Shown piece after piece: positions 11,901 through 24,065 of a stretch of 64,000 bases of DNA; position 1 is the stretch's first letter; every line of letters begins with the position of its first letter. The notes under the pieces were generated by a model. The model had not been told where the DNA came from and made no database searches. It saw nothing but the letters and a program-made list of their open reading frames with translations. The DNA is from Trichoplax adhaerens (Eukaryota > Animalia > Placozoa), in contig NW_002060944.1 of NCBI RefSeq assembly GCF_000150275.1, forward strand, positions 1,474,911-1,538,910, given 5' to 3'. Both the position numbers and the translations under genes were made by a program.

Positions 11901-14900
11901 TATTGAGCGCGTTGCAGTTGTACATGTGGCCACTGGAAATAAGGACATTCTAAGTCAACATACGCGTAAACACTGGCAAAGGATAGTAATCAAGTCTAGA
12001 ATGATCTTTTGTTCGACTGCTTTTATGATCTCTGAGAATATTAAATCATTTTTTCATTGCTACATGAAATAGTCATAACTTTAAAGCCTTCAGATTCATT
12101 GTAATATCACTGATTTAATCAATACTATAGTTAATTAGGTGTAATTACTGTACAAAAATATCGACATTAGACGAGTTTGAATCAGCACTTCTGCAGACAC
12201 AAATATTATTCGTTATTTATTTGTTTATAGCAATGGGTACAAAATCTTCTGTGTTATTAGTTAGGGATGCAGTAAACAAGTTTGAAGGTTTCTTTTCACT
12301 ACCGAAGCTTACTTGATTATATAGTTGAAATATCTCTTTAGTCAAATTTATCCATGCGAAAACTCCCAAAAATTCTACAAGAGCTGCTAAATTGGCATCA
12401 GTCTGTTATTCAGAAAATAATTTCAAAATTAATATCTTTTACAACTAGTGTGAGAGCATTTGTAATTTTATAATAATAGTAAATATTATTTTCTATCTAA
12501 CACGATACGGCGGAAGCGTAGCATTAACTGGCGCGCTCTTGGAATTAAGTTCAAATGTAGGTTTCAGAGTAGCTGCTGATGTGGTAGGTAGTCTTCCGCT
12601 GGACGCCCAGTCTAATCCCTTAATTGGTTCTCTTTCAAAGGTATAAAATACATAAATATCTTCGGCATAGATAATATATACTGTTAATGCCACCACAAAG
12701 GCGAGATAGATACATAAATTCACATAATAAAAGTATTGACCATATTTTCTCCTATATGAAGATGAATTACATTTGATCGCGTTTAGTGAAATATATTATC
12801 AAAATATCAAGATCCTAGTATTATTCATTAAGGAAAGCATCGATTTAATGATGCTTTCATCGAAATATAGAAAGATAAATTTTGATAATTAGCTATAGCA
12901 ACAAAATATACTGACCATTTTGCATCTCGGAGTTTAGCAGCTAAGGGATGATTTAATAAATCAATATTTCTCGACTCCATCATTGTCTTTCACAGATAAA
13001 TTAAGAATTTTATATTAATTTTTCAAAGGCATACTTAAAATTTAGAAGACGTCTACCCTTATTAACATTTTTGGGTCATGATTAGTTATGGCTGATGTTA
13101 AAATTACTTATCGTAAAAAATAGAAATACAAGAGTGTACTCTTATCAAAGAATTGCAGTCGATTATTAGTCCATTTAATTTAGAGTATTTAGATTTTGTT
13201 TCAGCTGCACTAATATTTGTAGAAAATTCGATATTCAAAGTGCTCGAAAAGTGTGGTGCATAAGTTGAAAAGCTTAATAGATCAGTTCTTCTTCCTTGAC
13301 ACTTTTAACTGATTCATGGTATTTTAGTTGAGAAAAATGTATTTAAAATCCTATTTATTTTACTAGCAAAATTATAACCAATTTTATACGGTGCCGTTAT
13401 TTCTCCTCAGGATTCATCTTTTGAGGTTATCATATTCAAAAAATAGTAGTCGTCAGAAATATTAGTTTATTTAAGTATGGTTGCTTACAATTAGGCCATT
13501 TCTTTTATGTGGACTTTTGGCATATTTACCAGTTACTTTAACTTCTGGATTAGGATCAAGTAATGAAAAGTCGTAAAGTGTTTCAACCCGCTGTTCGTGG
13601 ATCAAAAGAGTGGTATGAAGTAAGTTAAAAATTTTCCTCTGTCTTTTTTCCATAAGCCTTAATAAGCTCAATAGTTTAGCAGTTACATAAACTATAATCT
13701 TTACGTCTTTGAAAATGTAATAATTTACCCTGTAAGATTTTTTACTTTCATCGATAAGTTTCGTTTCTTGTCGTGAAATACTGGAATCCATGACTGTCTA
13801 GTAATTGAATAGCAAATTTAAATAGAGGCACGAGCAAAAATTTTCGCGGATTTGTAGTGCCTAAGGAATATTAAATTTACCCGTAGTTACTGTGGTGTTA
13901 ACTGGACTTTAAACTTACTTTTGCGACATTGGGTAAATTTTGAATCATATGCTGCATCGTCGTTCGACCATCTTTGTTTATGCGTTTCAAAAGCAGCTTA
14001 CCACTATAAAAAGCGAAGTCGAGAATAATCAAATAAAATTGTATTCTTGAATCAGTTACAGCTTAAAAATATTTCTATTGCTTTGATTTAACTTAATATA
14101 TTTGTTTATTTTTATCACAACGTGTATGTTTATATACAGATCTTTATTTGTATGATCGATAACTTACTTTGCATGATTAATAAATATATTAGCGACACTT
14201 TCTTGCTTATAATGGATAGCAAAATCTAGACTAGTTAGGTTATTAACGTCGGTTGTCATTAAATTAGCTCCGTGCTTTAATAAAAGGACCGCAATTTCGG
14301 CATATCCTTGAGCTGCCGCTATATGTAAAAGTGTTTCCTGTTTTAACGACAAGATAAAATTGAAGCAGTCAAATAATTTTCTTACAATTATAACAGTCGA
14401 AGTAGAATATTAATATGGTACTAACTATTCGAAGAGAACTAGAAAAGCGCAGTATATTTGGCATCATAATTTAACAGAATGTAATGTAATCTATGATTCT
14501 AGCTCTTTCTAAAATATAAGTAGTTTAGATTGTTCTTAACTATATATGATTTTTACCATCCTCCGTATTACTACATATTCAGATACAGATTGCACTGTTT
14601 AGTTATTTACTCTTACAGCATTCATAGTATTCATTTTTCTTGAAATTATTTCCTATCGGATGGATTATTACGGTATTTGTTGTATTTAATTTTACAATCT
14701 TACTCTGCATGTGCTCTATCTTCAAGCTATACGAAGAGATACCGCCGACCTCTGTTTATAATTCAGTGGCTGCAATATTTGCTGTGTAGTACCGAATTTC
14801 TCCCGTTACTTCACAAGAGCTTACGCGCCCCTCTACAGCAATTAATATTATCGCACGATTTCTAGTCTATGATAAAGTATCCAATTTTTACTGAATATAT

Positions 14901-17900
14901 TTGTTTTTAGCTTCGAATGGTAGCTAACTCAAGTTCTACCCTCTATTACGTAAACCAAAATCGTTCTTGACAAGAAAAATCTCCCTAGCGGATGCTATAA
15001 CTAATATTTACCATTGCACCAGCGATAGCTAGTAAACGAATAAGCAAAGTAAAATAATATTTAAAGTGTAAGATAATTACAGTTACTTCTTACTTCAGAA
15101 CTATTAGTAACGTTAGCTGAAACTCCATATTGTAATAGAATGTTAACAATATTAGCATAGCCAGAGCGTACGGCAATTTCGATGGGGGTGGTATAACTGC
15201 CATCTCTATTTAGAAATTGAAGGAATAAAATCAGTTAATTTGACTTTGTACACGTCGAGCAGTGGGGGATTATGTGTGATGATTTTTGGGTGATACAAAA
15301 CATTACTTATTGCAAATTAATACTTCCGTTCTGCATTTATATCGACTGTAAATCTTGCTTGCAAAGCTAGACCTAAGAAGCTCACTGTTTATTCTATACT
15401 GTAGATACAGCAAAGTAAATATACTGGCCTTTTATCGGCATTAGCTCCGAAATTCAAGCAAAATTCAGTTGCTTCTGGATTACAAGATAGCACTGCCATA
15501 TGTAATGGAGTTCTAGAATTTTCACCTAAGCTATTAATCAATGACGGTACTTGCTGACTTATATATTGAATAGTTCGTATGTTACCATTTCTAGAAATAA
15601 AGAGCAATACAATCTTAAATTTATTTTAAATTGTGCTGTACTGTATATTCCTGAGAACTGTAGACAATTTATCACTTGAAATGAAACGAGTTACGATTGA
15701 CATTGCTTGTGTAAACTCGTATTTCTAATTCGAATTTAAATAGTAACTTCACACATAACTTATATCATAAAGGAATGAAATTTTCATTGCAGTTTCCTTA
15801 GCATTTAATATTTATGATGAAACTTATACATAAAAAATATATATTGACTTACAAGCATGCAAGATGAAGGGGTGTGTTATCGTCGCCGTCACTGACATCT
15901 ATCAGTGCACCTTTACTTGCTAATAGCCTTATGATCTATAATATTACCAAGAGATAATCTTTTTCACAGAGCGAACAATAATATAGCTTTAAATAAAATC
16001 TTTAAGGGATCTATTACTGCAAATAAATATGTAGCTTAACGAAGCAATGTAATTCATTTTCCTAATTCTAGGAAACTGCTGGCAATTGTATCGTCAATTA
16101 TATTACCAAGTAATTTTATAGCTACTGCTGCACTATTAGTGTCAACTAAAATGTTGTATAATTTTGATTCGCACTAAATTGGAAAAATTATGCTATAAGT
16201 TATCAAGAATACTTACATTATAATTTCCAGCTTCGGCAGCACAATGCATGGCCGTCCTTCCTCTTGAATCAATCTCATTTAAAAGATTGATTGCTTCATT
16301 CTGTGTAATATTAAATATGCATTCTATAATAAGTTATTAATATTAACTTTTGCAAACATTGCTTAGAAAGAATGCTCTATAATAACTATAATTTTATTAC
16401 AGTACATAAGCTTGAACCCTTATTTTAAACACTTTCCATCACAGAGCTAATAATAGACTTCCTATTTCCGTAAATATAAAGGTGAAATTCTTAAATTTGT
16501 AACAATAAGTAGAATAAGACGTATACAGCTTCAAATAGAGGACGTTGTTTTTCGTAGAAAGGTAATTTCCTTACTTAAGTGTTAACGAATAATATAACCT
16601 CTATTTATACCCGGTGTATTTTATTCTATTATAAAGTATTTTTTTAATCTATAAAAAATCGTAGCAAGTTTTAATTGCTAATTTCCTGTTTGATTGCTTA
16701 AAATCTTTATAATAAAGTAAAAGCAAGCATTAATGAACTTACTGAAAGTAATTCTTGCATAACGGCTATCCGATTCTGAACAGCTGCCATGTGAATACAG
16801 GATTGATTGCGATCATCATATATCATAACACTAGCGTTTCTTGATAATAAGTATTGAAGAGTTTCTAGTTTATCTTTTTCGATTGCATGATGTACCGCTG
16901 ATTTATGCCGACCATCCACGCTGTCAATATTTGCACCCTAAATTTTGTGGTAATGATAGTTATAAATTTTTTACGAATTTAAAAAGCAGCAGCATTAAAT
17001 TTCAATCTTAGATTGTATAGTGACGATTAACAGAATAAAACTGCGTGATTGTAATGTAGATTATTGCAGTAGGGTAGTGACATATTATGAAATTAGCAGG
17101 ATTAATTACAGTAAGTCAGAGCGTTCAGCGATAAAGCTAGCATTGGTATAAACTATTAATATTGTGATAATAATGAAACTAATTATGGTGTCCAAGAATA
17201 CAAATTCTTACATTTTTTAGCAAATGTTCTATAATATCAATGTAACCACAGGATGAAGCTATGTGCAGGGGAGTTCTATAAGAATTATCCCGTGCTTCGA
17301 ATTCAGCACCATGAGTAATTAGTACTTTAACGGCTTCAATTCGTCCTGATGCAACGGCAACATGGAGTGGAGTTTGACCATCTTTCTGTTAGGCAATGAA
17401 GTAGTAGAAAATTTTAAATGCAATCAGACCAATTGATGAAATCATTTGTTTCGATTTAAAAAGAAATTAAAATGACACTTAGCTACACTAATCACTATAT
17501 AGCATATGCTTCTTATTTTTAGAAATTACCTGGACAGCAAATATGTTACCACCAGATTCAATGCATAACTTCAAAGCCTTCAATTTTAATAATATACCGT
17601 ATGCCATAAGACAAATAGAATGAGTATAATCAGCTCTTATTTTGATTTATGTACATTGTAGTGTAGCTACTGAACGTACATCCTTCCGGCCTTTCTGGGA
17701 TGCTTTATGTAATGGTGTTTGCTGCTCATTATCTTGTGCATTAATTTGATCGATAACTGAAAAATCAGCCTTGGAATAATCTAGTAGTAACTTTATAACG
17801 TTTATGGAACCTTTAGCTGCAGCATAATGTATTGGAACACTTCCGTTAATGGATTTTGTACTGATGTTCGCGCCTCTTTCCAACTACAATCACGTATCGA

Positions 17901-19764
17901 GTCTTTAGAATTATGTTTAATATTTTACTGGATAGCACTAACTGCAAAAAAATTACTGCTGGCAGTAAATGGGCTCCAACTCATACAGCTTTAAAAGCAA
18001 TAATATTGTACTATCATGACGGTTACATACAATATATGTGTAGAAGTTGATACAGATTTGGAACTTACTAGTGTTAAACAAACTTCTGCCCTGCCTTTCA
18101 TAGACGCCAAGTGTAATGCACTCATCATATCTTTGTCAGTTTGATCAAGTAGCGTAGGGCAGGTATCTAATAAAACCTAGATCAAGATACTTTCAGATTT
18201 TTATTTGCCCTCTTTGGATACACTGCATTATTCAGTATCGTACAATTTCTGCACCATTACCGCAAGGAAAATAAATTATAGTATTACCTTACATGCTTCA
18301 ACGTGACCTAATCGACTTGCATGATGCAAAGCAGTTTCTCCATTAGCATCGGTAATGTTCAAGGAGCAGTTACGAATAATTAACATTCTGAGAGCTTCCA
18401 CAGCGTTATATTTAGAAGCAATAACTGTAGGCGATACACCGTCGCTCCCAATACAATTTATGTCTGTAAATTAATGTTTCTATTTTCAGAAGCTTCAATT
18501 GAGAGTATATAAAGTAAGACATTATTTAAGGGCTACTTTACTTTAAAAATAAATTACCAGTAATTTTTAAAACGAATACTGTATGTGATACTATTAATAT
18601 GCTGAAAACATATCTATACGAATACTACTGATCCTTTATAAAATATTATCGGAGCTAGTGTTAGCATAAAAATGTAACTTTCTATAATCACTAACATTAG
18701 ATAAATTTAAATAAATTATGAAGGTCTTTAGCTAAATACACAACAACTAAATTTACAATCGTGTACAACATTTGACAATTAATATGTTTCGTACGTTGTT
18801 GACAGTATCTTGAAGTAGGACATACTAGCACCTTAAATTACGAAGTTAGTCTAAAGGAGAAATTTCCGTAAATAAAATTGTAAAATTTTGTTCGCTAACT
18901 TAGTTGCAAGCCTGATAGAGCTACCGTGTAATTCCGTGATGTATTTATTATTTCTACTTTGTTTCAGATTACTATTGAAGAAGATTAAGAAATCTTGATG
19001 TATTAAGCCTAATTTGGATTGATATTGCAAAAAATTTCGATTTAATTCATCAAAACTCTCTAATCTACCTTTATGGCTATCTAAAACTTAATGCTAGAAG
19101 ATTTATATTGTTTATTGGCACAGAATTATTATCCATATGTACGTATATTATATTTTCAGCTTACGGTAAGGTATATCATAAATCTAATATAAAATAGAGT
19201 AAGCTACCAGCTTTACAATTAAAATGGCCCTCACCAACCATAATATTATCATTTATAAGTTTTACAAAGATTATACGCATACAGGATTTCTTACCGGCTC
19301 CATATGCAAGCAATTTGTCAATAATTTTTGTACGATTATACTTTGCTGCATAATGAAGGGGAGACAAATTATGTTGATCCAAACAGTTGCACTCGAATCC
19401 ATTTCCTGTGCCATCATTGAAATACCGTTCTAGAACGGCGACATCGCCAGATTTTGCTGCCTGGTTAGGAACAATTGATAACGCAAATGCAATGACGAAT
19501 CAAAAATTACTTTATTAATATATTCAATCTCAGCACTAGTGTCTCTCTAATATAATTAGCAATTGATCATATTTGATTACATATATATTATTAATGTACC
19601 CAAAAGAGATCTCTGTTGCGATCATTATCGTTGGTCATCCTGTACTGACTAATAACGGATGATCGCAATTCAGAGGGGAGTATATTACTGGCTTGCTTGC
19701 TTTCCTGACGATCGATCCCTCTATTTTCAGTCCTACTCCATATTCTTAAATTTGTTATTGACAT
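8995..19764 (-). CDS. TRPA1: TRPA1-like ankyrin-repeat TRP channel, paralog B (complete, 26 exons)
   Basis: ATG 19764 (MSITNLRIW...RDLFW|). 17 ankyrin repeats, pre-S1 LLNHPL...KW, six TM segments, pore NMMIGEMDYDG, S6/TRP-like VMNLMVGLAVGDIDKVRREA, coiled-coil tail ending HSLPRVE* (TGA 8995-8997). Spliced in frame by hand. Confidence 0.92.
15206..15428 (-). other. GC-AG intron (TRPA paralog B, intron 11)
   Basis: GANADK AG|GCCAGT sits at the phase-2 position where paralogs A and C use GT. No nearby downstream GT gives the phase needed to join A GAT GGC AGT TAT (DGSYTTP). Confidence 0.75.
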
Positions 19765-20046
19765 GATGATAATGCCAAATTTTAAAATGTAAGAATTTGT
19801 CTAAATTATAATAACATGCGACAATTTCGATAGATTTCTTAGCCACGAAAAGTTCTTCAACTAATAAGTACGTTTGATATGTTTACTGAATTATATATCA
19901 TTTCTAGAAAATAGCACGCTATACATGGTGATTGTCTGATGCTATTATGCTAATTATTTTATTTGTACTACCCTTACATTATCTTAGTCTATTAATGGAA
20001 GAATTTATTATTTACTATAATAGCTTCATTAATATTAATTATTCAA

Positions 20047-20881
20047 NNNNNNNNNNNNNNNNNNNNNNNNNNNNNNNNNNNNNNNNNNNNNNNNNNNNNN
20101 NNNNNNNNNNNNNNNNNNNNNNNNNNNNNNNNNNNNNNNNNNNNNNNNNNNNNNNNNNNNNNNNNNNNNNNNNNNNNNNNNNNNNNNNNNNNNNNNNNNN
20201 NNNNNNNNNNNNNNNNNNNNNNNNNNNNNNNNNNNNNNNNNNNNNNNNNNNNNNNNNNNNNNNNNNNNNNNNNNNNNNNNNNNNNNNNNNNNNNNNNNNN
20301 NNNNNNNNNNNNNNNNNNNNNNNNNNNNNNNNNNNNNNNNNNNNNNNNNNNNNNNNNNNNNNNNNNNNNNNNNNNNNNNNNNNNNNNNNNNNNNNNNNNN
20401 NNNNNNNNNNNNNNNNNNNNNNNNNNNNNNNNNNNNNNNNNNNNNNNNNNNNNNNNNNNNNNNNNNNNNNNNNNNNNNNNNNNNNNNNNNNNNNNNNNNN
20501 NNNNNNNNNNNNNNNNNNNNNNNNNNNNNNNNNNNNNNNNNNNNNNNNNNNNNNNNNNNNNNNNNNNNNNNNNNNNNNNNNNNNNNNNNNNNNNNNNNNN
20601 NNNNNNNNNNNNNNNNNNNNNNNNNNNNNNNNNNNNNNNNNNNNNNNNNNNNNNNNNNNNNNNNNNNNNNNNNNNNNNNNNNNNNNNNNNNNNNNNNNNN
20701 NNNNNNNNNNNNNNNNNNNNNNNNNNNNNNNNNNNNNNNNNNNNNNNNNNNNNNNNNNNNNNNNNNNNNNNNNNNNNNNNNNNNNNNNNNNNNNNNNNNN
20801 NNNNNNNNNNNNNNNNNNNNNNNNNNNNNNNNNNNNNNNNNNNNNNNNNNNNNNNNNNNNNNNNNNNNNNNNNNNNNNNNN
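20047..20881. other. Assembly gap (835 N)
   Basis: Run of N. The poly-X ORFs in the track are artefacts of it. Confidence 0.99.
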
Positions 20882-21850
20882 TGATAGCTTGTGCGTCCTG
20901 TAACACTATAAGCCGAATTTACGAATACTTGTAATGGAAAATGCATAAGCACATACTTTAACTTGAAGAACCTTGGCTCTTAATTGATGCCGTACTTGTT
21001 GTGGTATTACAACATTGAATTTGATCTAACTATAACTACAATTGTAAATGCATTATTAGAAAGATGCTGCGCCATAATCTATTTCTATGAAACATAAAGT
21101 TTTTTGATTGTTAAAATATAAGAAACACTGGCAGCCAGCCCTTTTGTAGTAAGCGCTACTTGCTTACCATTACAATTCGATTAAACTCTATTAAAATTAC
21201 TGTAACTGCTATTGCGGACCATTGTATCTTGGTCTGAGAGTATCTGTTTCCATTTAGCCATATTAAGATTGCATGAAGCTATATCAAATTGATGCTTGTC
21301 GAAACGGTATGTTAATTTCCTCTTCTCACAAACTGCTGGAGTTGAAAGCCTTTAGTTCCTCTGTCATTATGTAGTAAAAGGACTAAAAGTAGAATCCTTT
21401 GTGGTTTTTTTAGTTTGTAATTAGTATTATTTTACTATAGAAAATACCTAGAAAGTGATAGTGTCTTTAAGTTTTACCCTGCCAAATCATCATGTCGTCA
21501 TCTTTTCTTCTTCATTATTTTACAAGGTATTAGATAGATTACTATAGAAGTAGCCCTATAGAGCAAATGCCTAATCTAAAGAAAGGGCGTTTGATCGTCT
21601 ATTCAAATTGTAAAGAAATTTGACTTAGTAGCAAAACCCTATCCTTAGAGAAAGGGGATTTATAACATGACGATAAAGTGCTGTAATGTAGTCTATACTC
21701 GTACAGTTACAGTACAATCTGACGCTAAAACATCAACTGTCAATACTCGCGAATACTAAGCGATACTAATGTCAGAAAAGTAGTCGTAGTAGTCATATAA
21801 ATTTTTTTGATAAGCGATTACTGTGATCTTCATAAAAAGCGAATTTTTCC

Positions 21851-21932
21851 GGATTTGTGTCCGATATAGTTTTCGGATTCTGGGACCGGTCGGCTTTGTG
21901 TCCGATATAATTTTCCTGTTTTGGAACCGGTC
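21851..21932. repeat. Imperfect 2 x 41 bp tandem duplication
   Basis: ggatttgtgtccgatatagttttcggattctgggaccggtc followed by ggctttgtgtccgatataattttcctgttttggaaccggtc. Confidence 0.8.
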
Positions 21933-22241
21933 GGGTTTATTTTTAATTTATGTCTGAATTATAATTTTTCTGTTTTAATTTTTGGATTTTTGTTCATGAA
22001 AAATATCGTAAGAGTTAATTTTTGAGATTTGGACTTTTTGTTATGAATTTGAAACTTTGGAATTTTATGACGTGACTTGAAGTCACATTAGGAGATTTAG
22101 TGAGGAAAATAGAAAATAAGATGGAAATTGGCAGAGGTTGTGTTGATTGTTAGGTAGTTAGAATGTTGTTTTTATGACTAAATCTTGATGTTTAAAGNGT
22201 TGATTTTTAGACTTTTATAGTGTATTAATGATAGAAATTAT

Positions 22242-22395
22242 NNNNNNNNNNNNNNNNNNNNNNNNNNNNNNNNNNNNNNNNNNNNNNNNNNNNNNNNNNN
22301 NNNNNNNNNNNNNNNNNNNNNNNNNNNNNNNNNNNNNNNNNNNNNNNNNNNNNNNNNNNNNNNNNNNNNNNNNNNNNNNNNNNNNNNNNNNNNNN
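22242..22395. other. Assembly gap (154 N)
   Basis: Run of N. Confidence 0.99.
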
Positions 22396-24065
22396 TAAGT
22401 TAAAACGTTCTTCTTTTTGAAAGGTTGTTTGGTCGTTGACAGTTTTTAAGACTGTCATTTATTTTAATAATACTTAAAGCTAAGTATTTGTAAGGTTGTT
22501 CGGTTTATACTTCTCTCCATTTTTGTTTTGAAATAAATTGTTGTTCGGTTATTTCCCCAAATTTTATTTGGTGTCAAAGTATTAGCGTTAAGTCGACCGG
22601 AGTGGAACGAAAGTAGAATCAAAGTTTGTTTAAGTTTCGTAGCTTGATCTCTACACTTTTCATTTCATTACAATTATATGAATTTCAGTATTCAGAAGAC
22701 AGCTCGCTCTATAATATTGCCTATATGTGAATCTTACAAAGAGATTCTTAGAAAACCGTTATATACGTACAGTAAGATAGGGCTATGGTAAAAGAATTTA
22801 GTTTACTTATATTCTAAAATCTGCATGGATCCAAATTGCATTATTGTAATAACGTATTATATTTCATGTGATCTTAAAAATTTGGGTGAAATATGCGAAA
22901 CATAATCTTTCGAAAAGTGATAATACTGTATCGCATGATTCAAGTCTTTTGATTAACTGCTTAATGATTATACATCTAGAATTTAGAATGCGTCTGTGAA
23001 AATACGGGGTTTACCTTGACTTAATCCAGTTTTACAATTAAAAGAAATTCACTCGATTAAGATAAAATTTAGGTTTATTATATAAGACATGTAATTAGTT
23101 ACAACTAGATTGCATTCGCACTTGTATTGCTTAATTAGCAAAATTATTATTAATATTCCTTTATCTCATAATACTAGATATATTTCTGCACAGATGGTAA
23201 AATATACTGCACAAGACATTTACGAACCGACTAATAATAAAATACGCACTACGAAGGATCGAAAATAATAAGTAGAATAATCTTTCTTACTTATCCCGAT
23301 TTCTTTAGAATAACAGTTGTACTTAACAGAGGCATTTATTTTAAATTATTTTCGTCAAATCTCTTTAGTACAGAATAACATAAATATGGCTTAACTAGGT
23401 AAGATCCTAGACCTTGAAAAAATATTACAGTCAATATTCAATAACATGCATAATTAAATTCAATAATTTAAAATTTCTGAATTATAAGCAAAAGATCTCA
23501 GAAACCGTCTAAACCTACACGATATTTCAATCCCAAAATTCAGCTAAAGCTTGATATAAGTATTTGAAACGATATCATAATGAAGACTTCATTTTTATGT
23601 AAATTCAATTTCTATGCGAGTAATCACATAATATGTTTATTATGGTTATAACGAATACTAAAACTATCGTAAGTCGAAGGTAGAAATAGTCGCGAGCCTA
23701 AATCCATAGATGACTGAAACGAACAGTCCAGCATCTTAACTAATGATATCAACATCATCATGACAGAGTTCGAAGATAAGCAAACGGATTTAGATATAGC
23801 ATCTGGCTATTCGTCGTACTGCGGTACACAATTACAGTACATTAATAATTAAGAGTGTATTTTGGTATTAAATCGTAAAAATTTGCCCTGAAATGAGACT
23901 TCTCTCTTATTTTACATATGATATTACCAAAACCACCTTATCCACTGATTGGATAGCTCATACCGGAAGTAGTATATTTAATTCTGAGCGTAATTTAATA
24001 TTACAACCATGAAATTGATTTTTTCAATATTCAATTTACTATTACGCTGGCAAATCAATGTCATA

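Noticed and set aside
14677-14865. Plus-strand 62-aa ORF in a GC-richer intronic patch
   Set aside because: No recognisable motif or splice partners; other frames have stops. At most a decayed fragment.
19932-20952. Long ORFs of 287-323 aa in the ORF track
   Set aside because: Artefacts of translating the N run.
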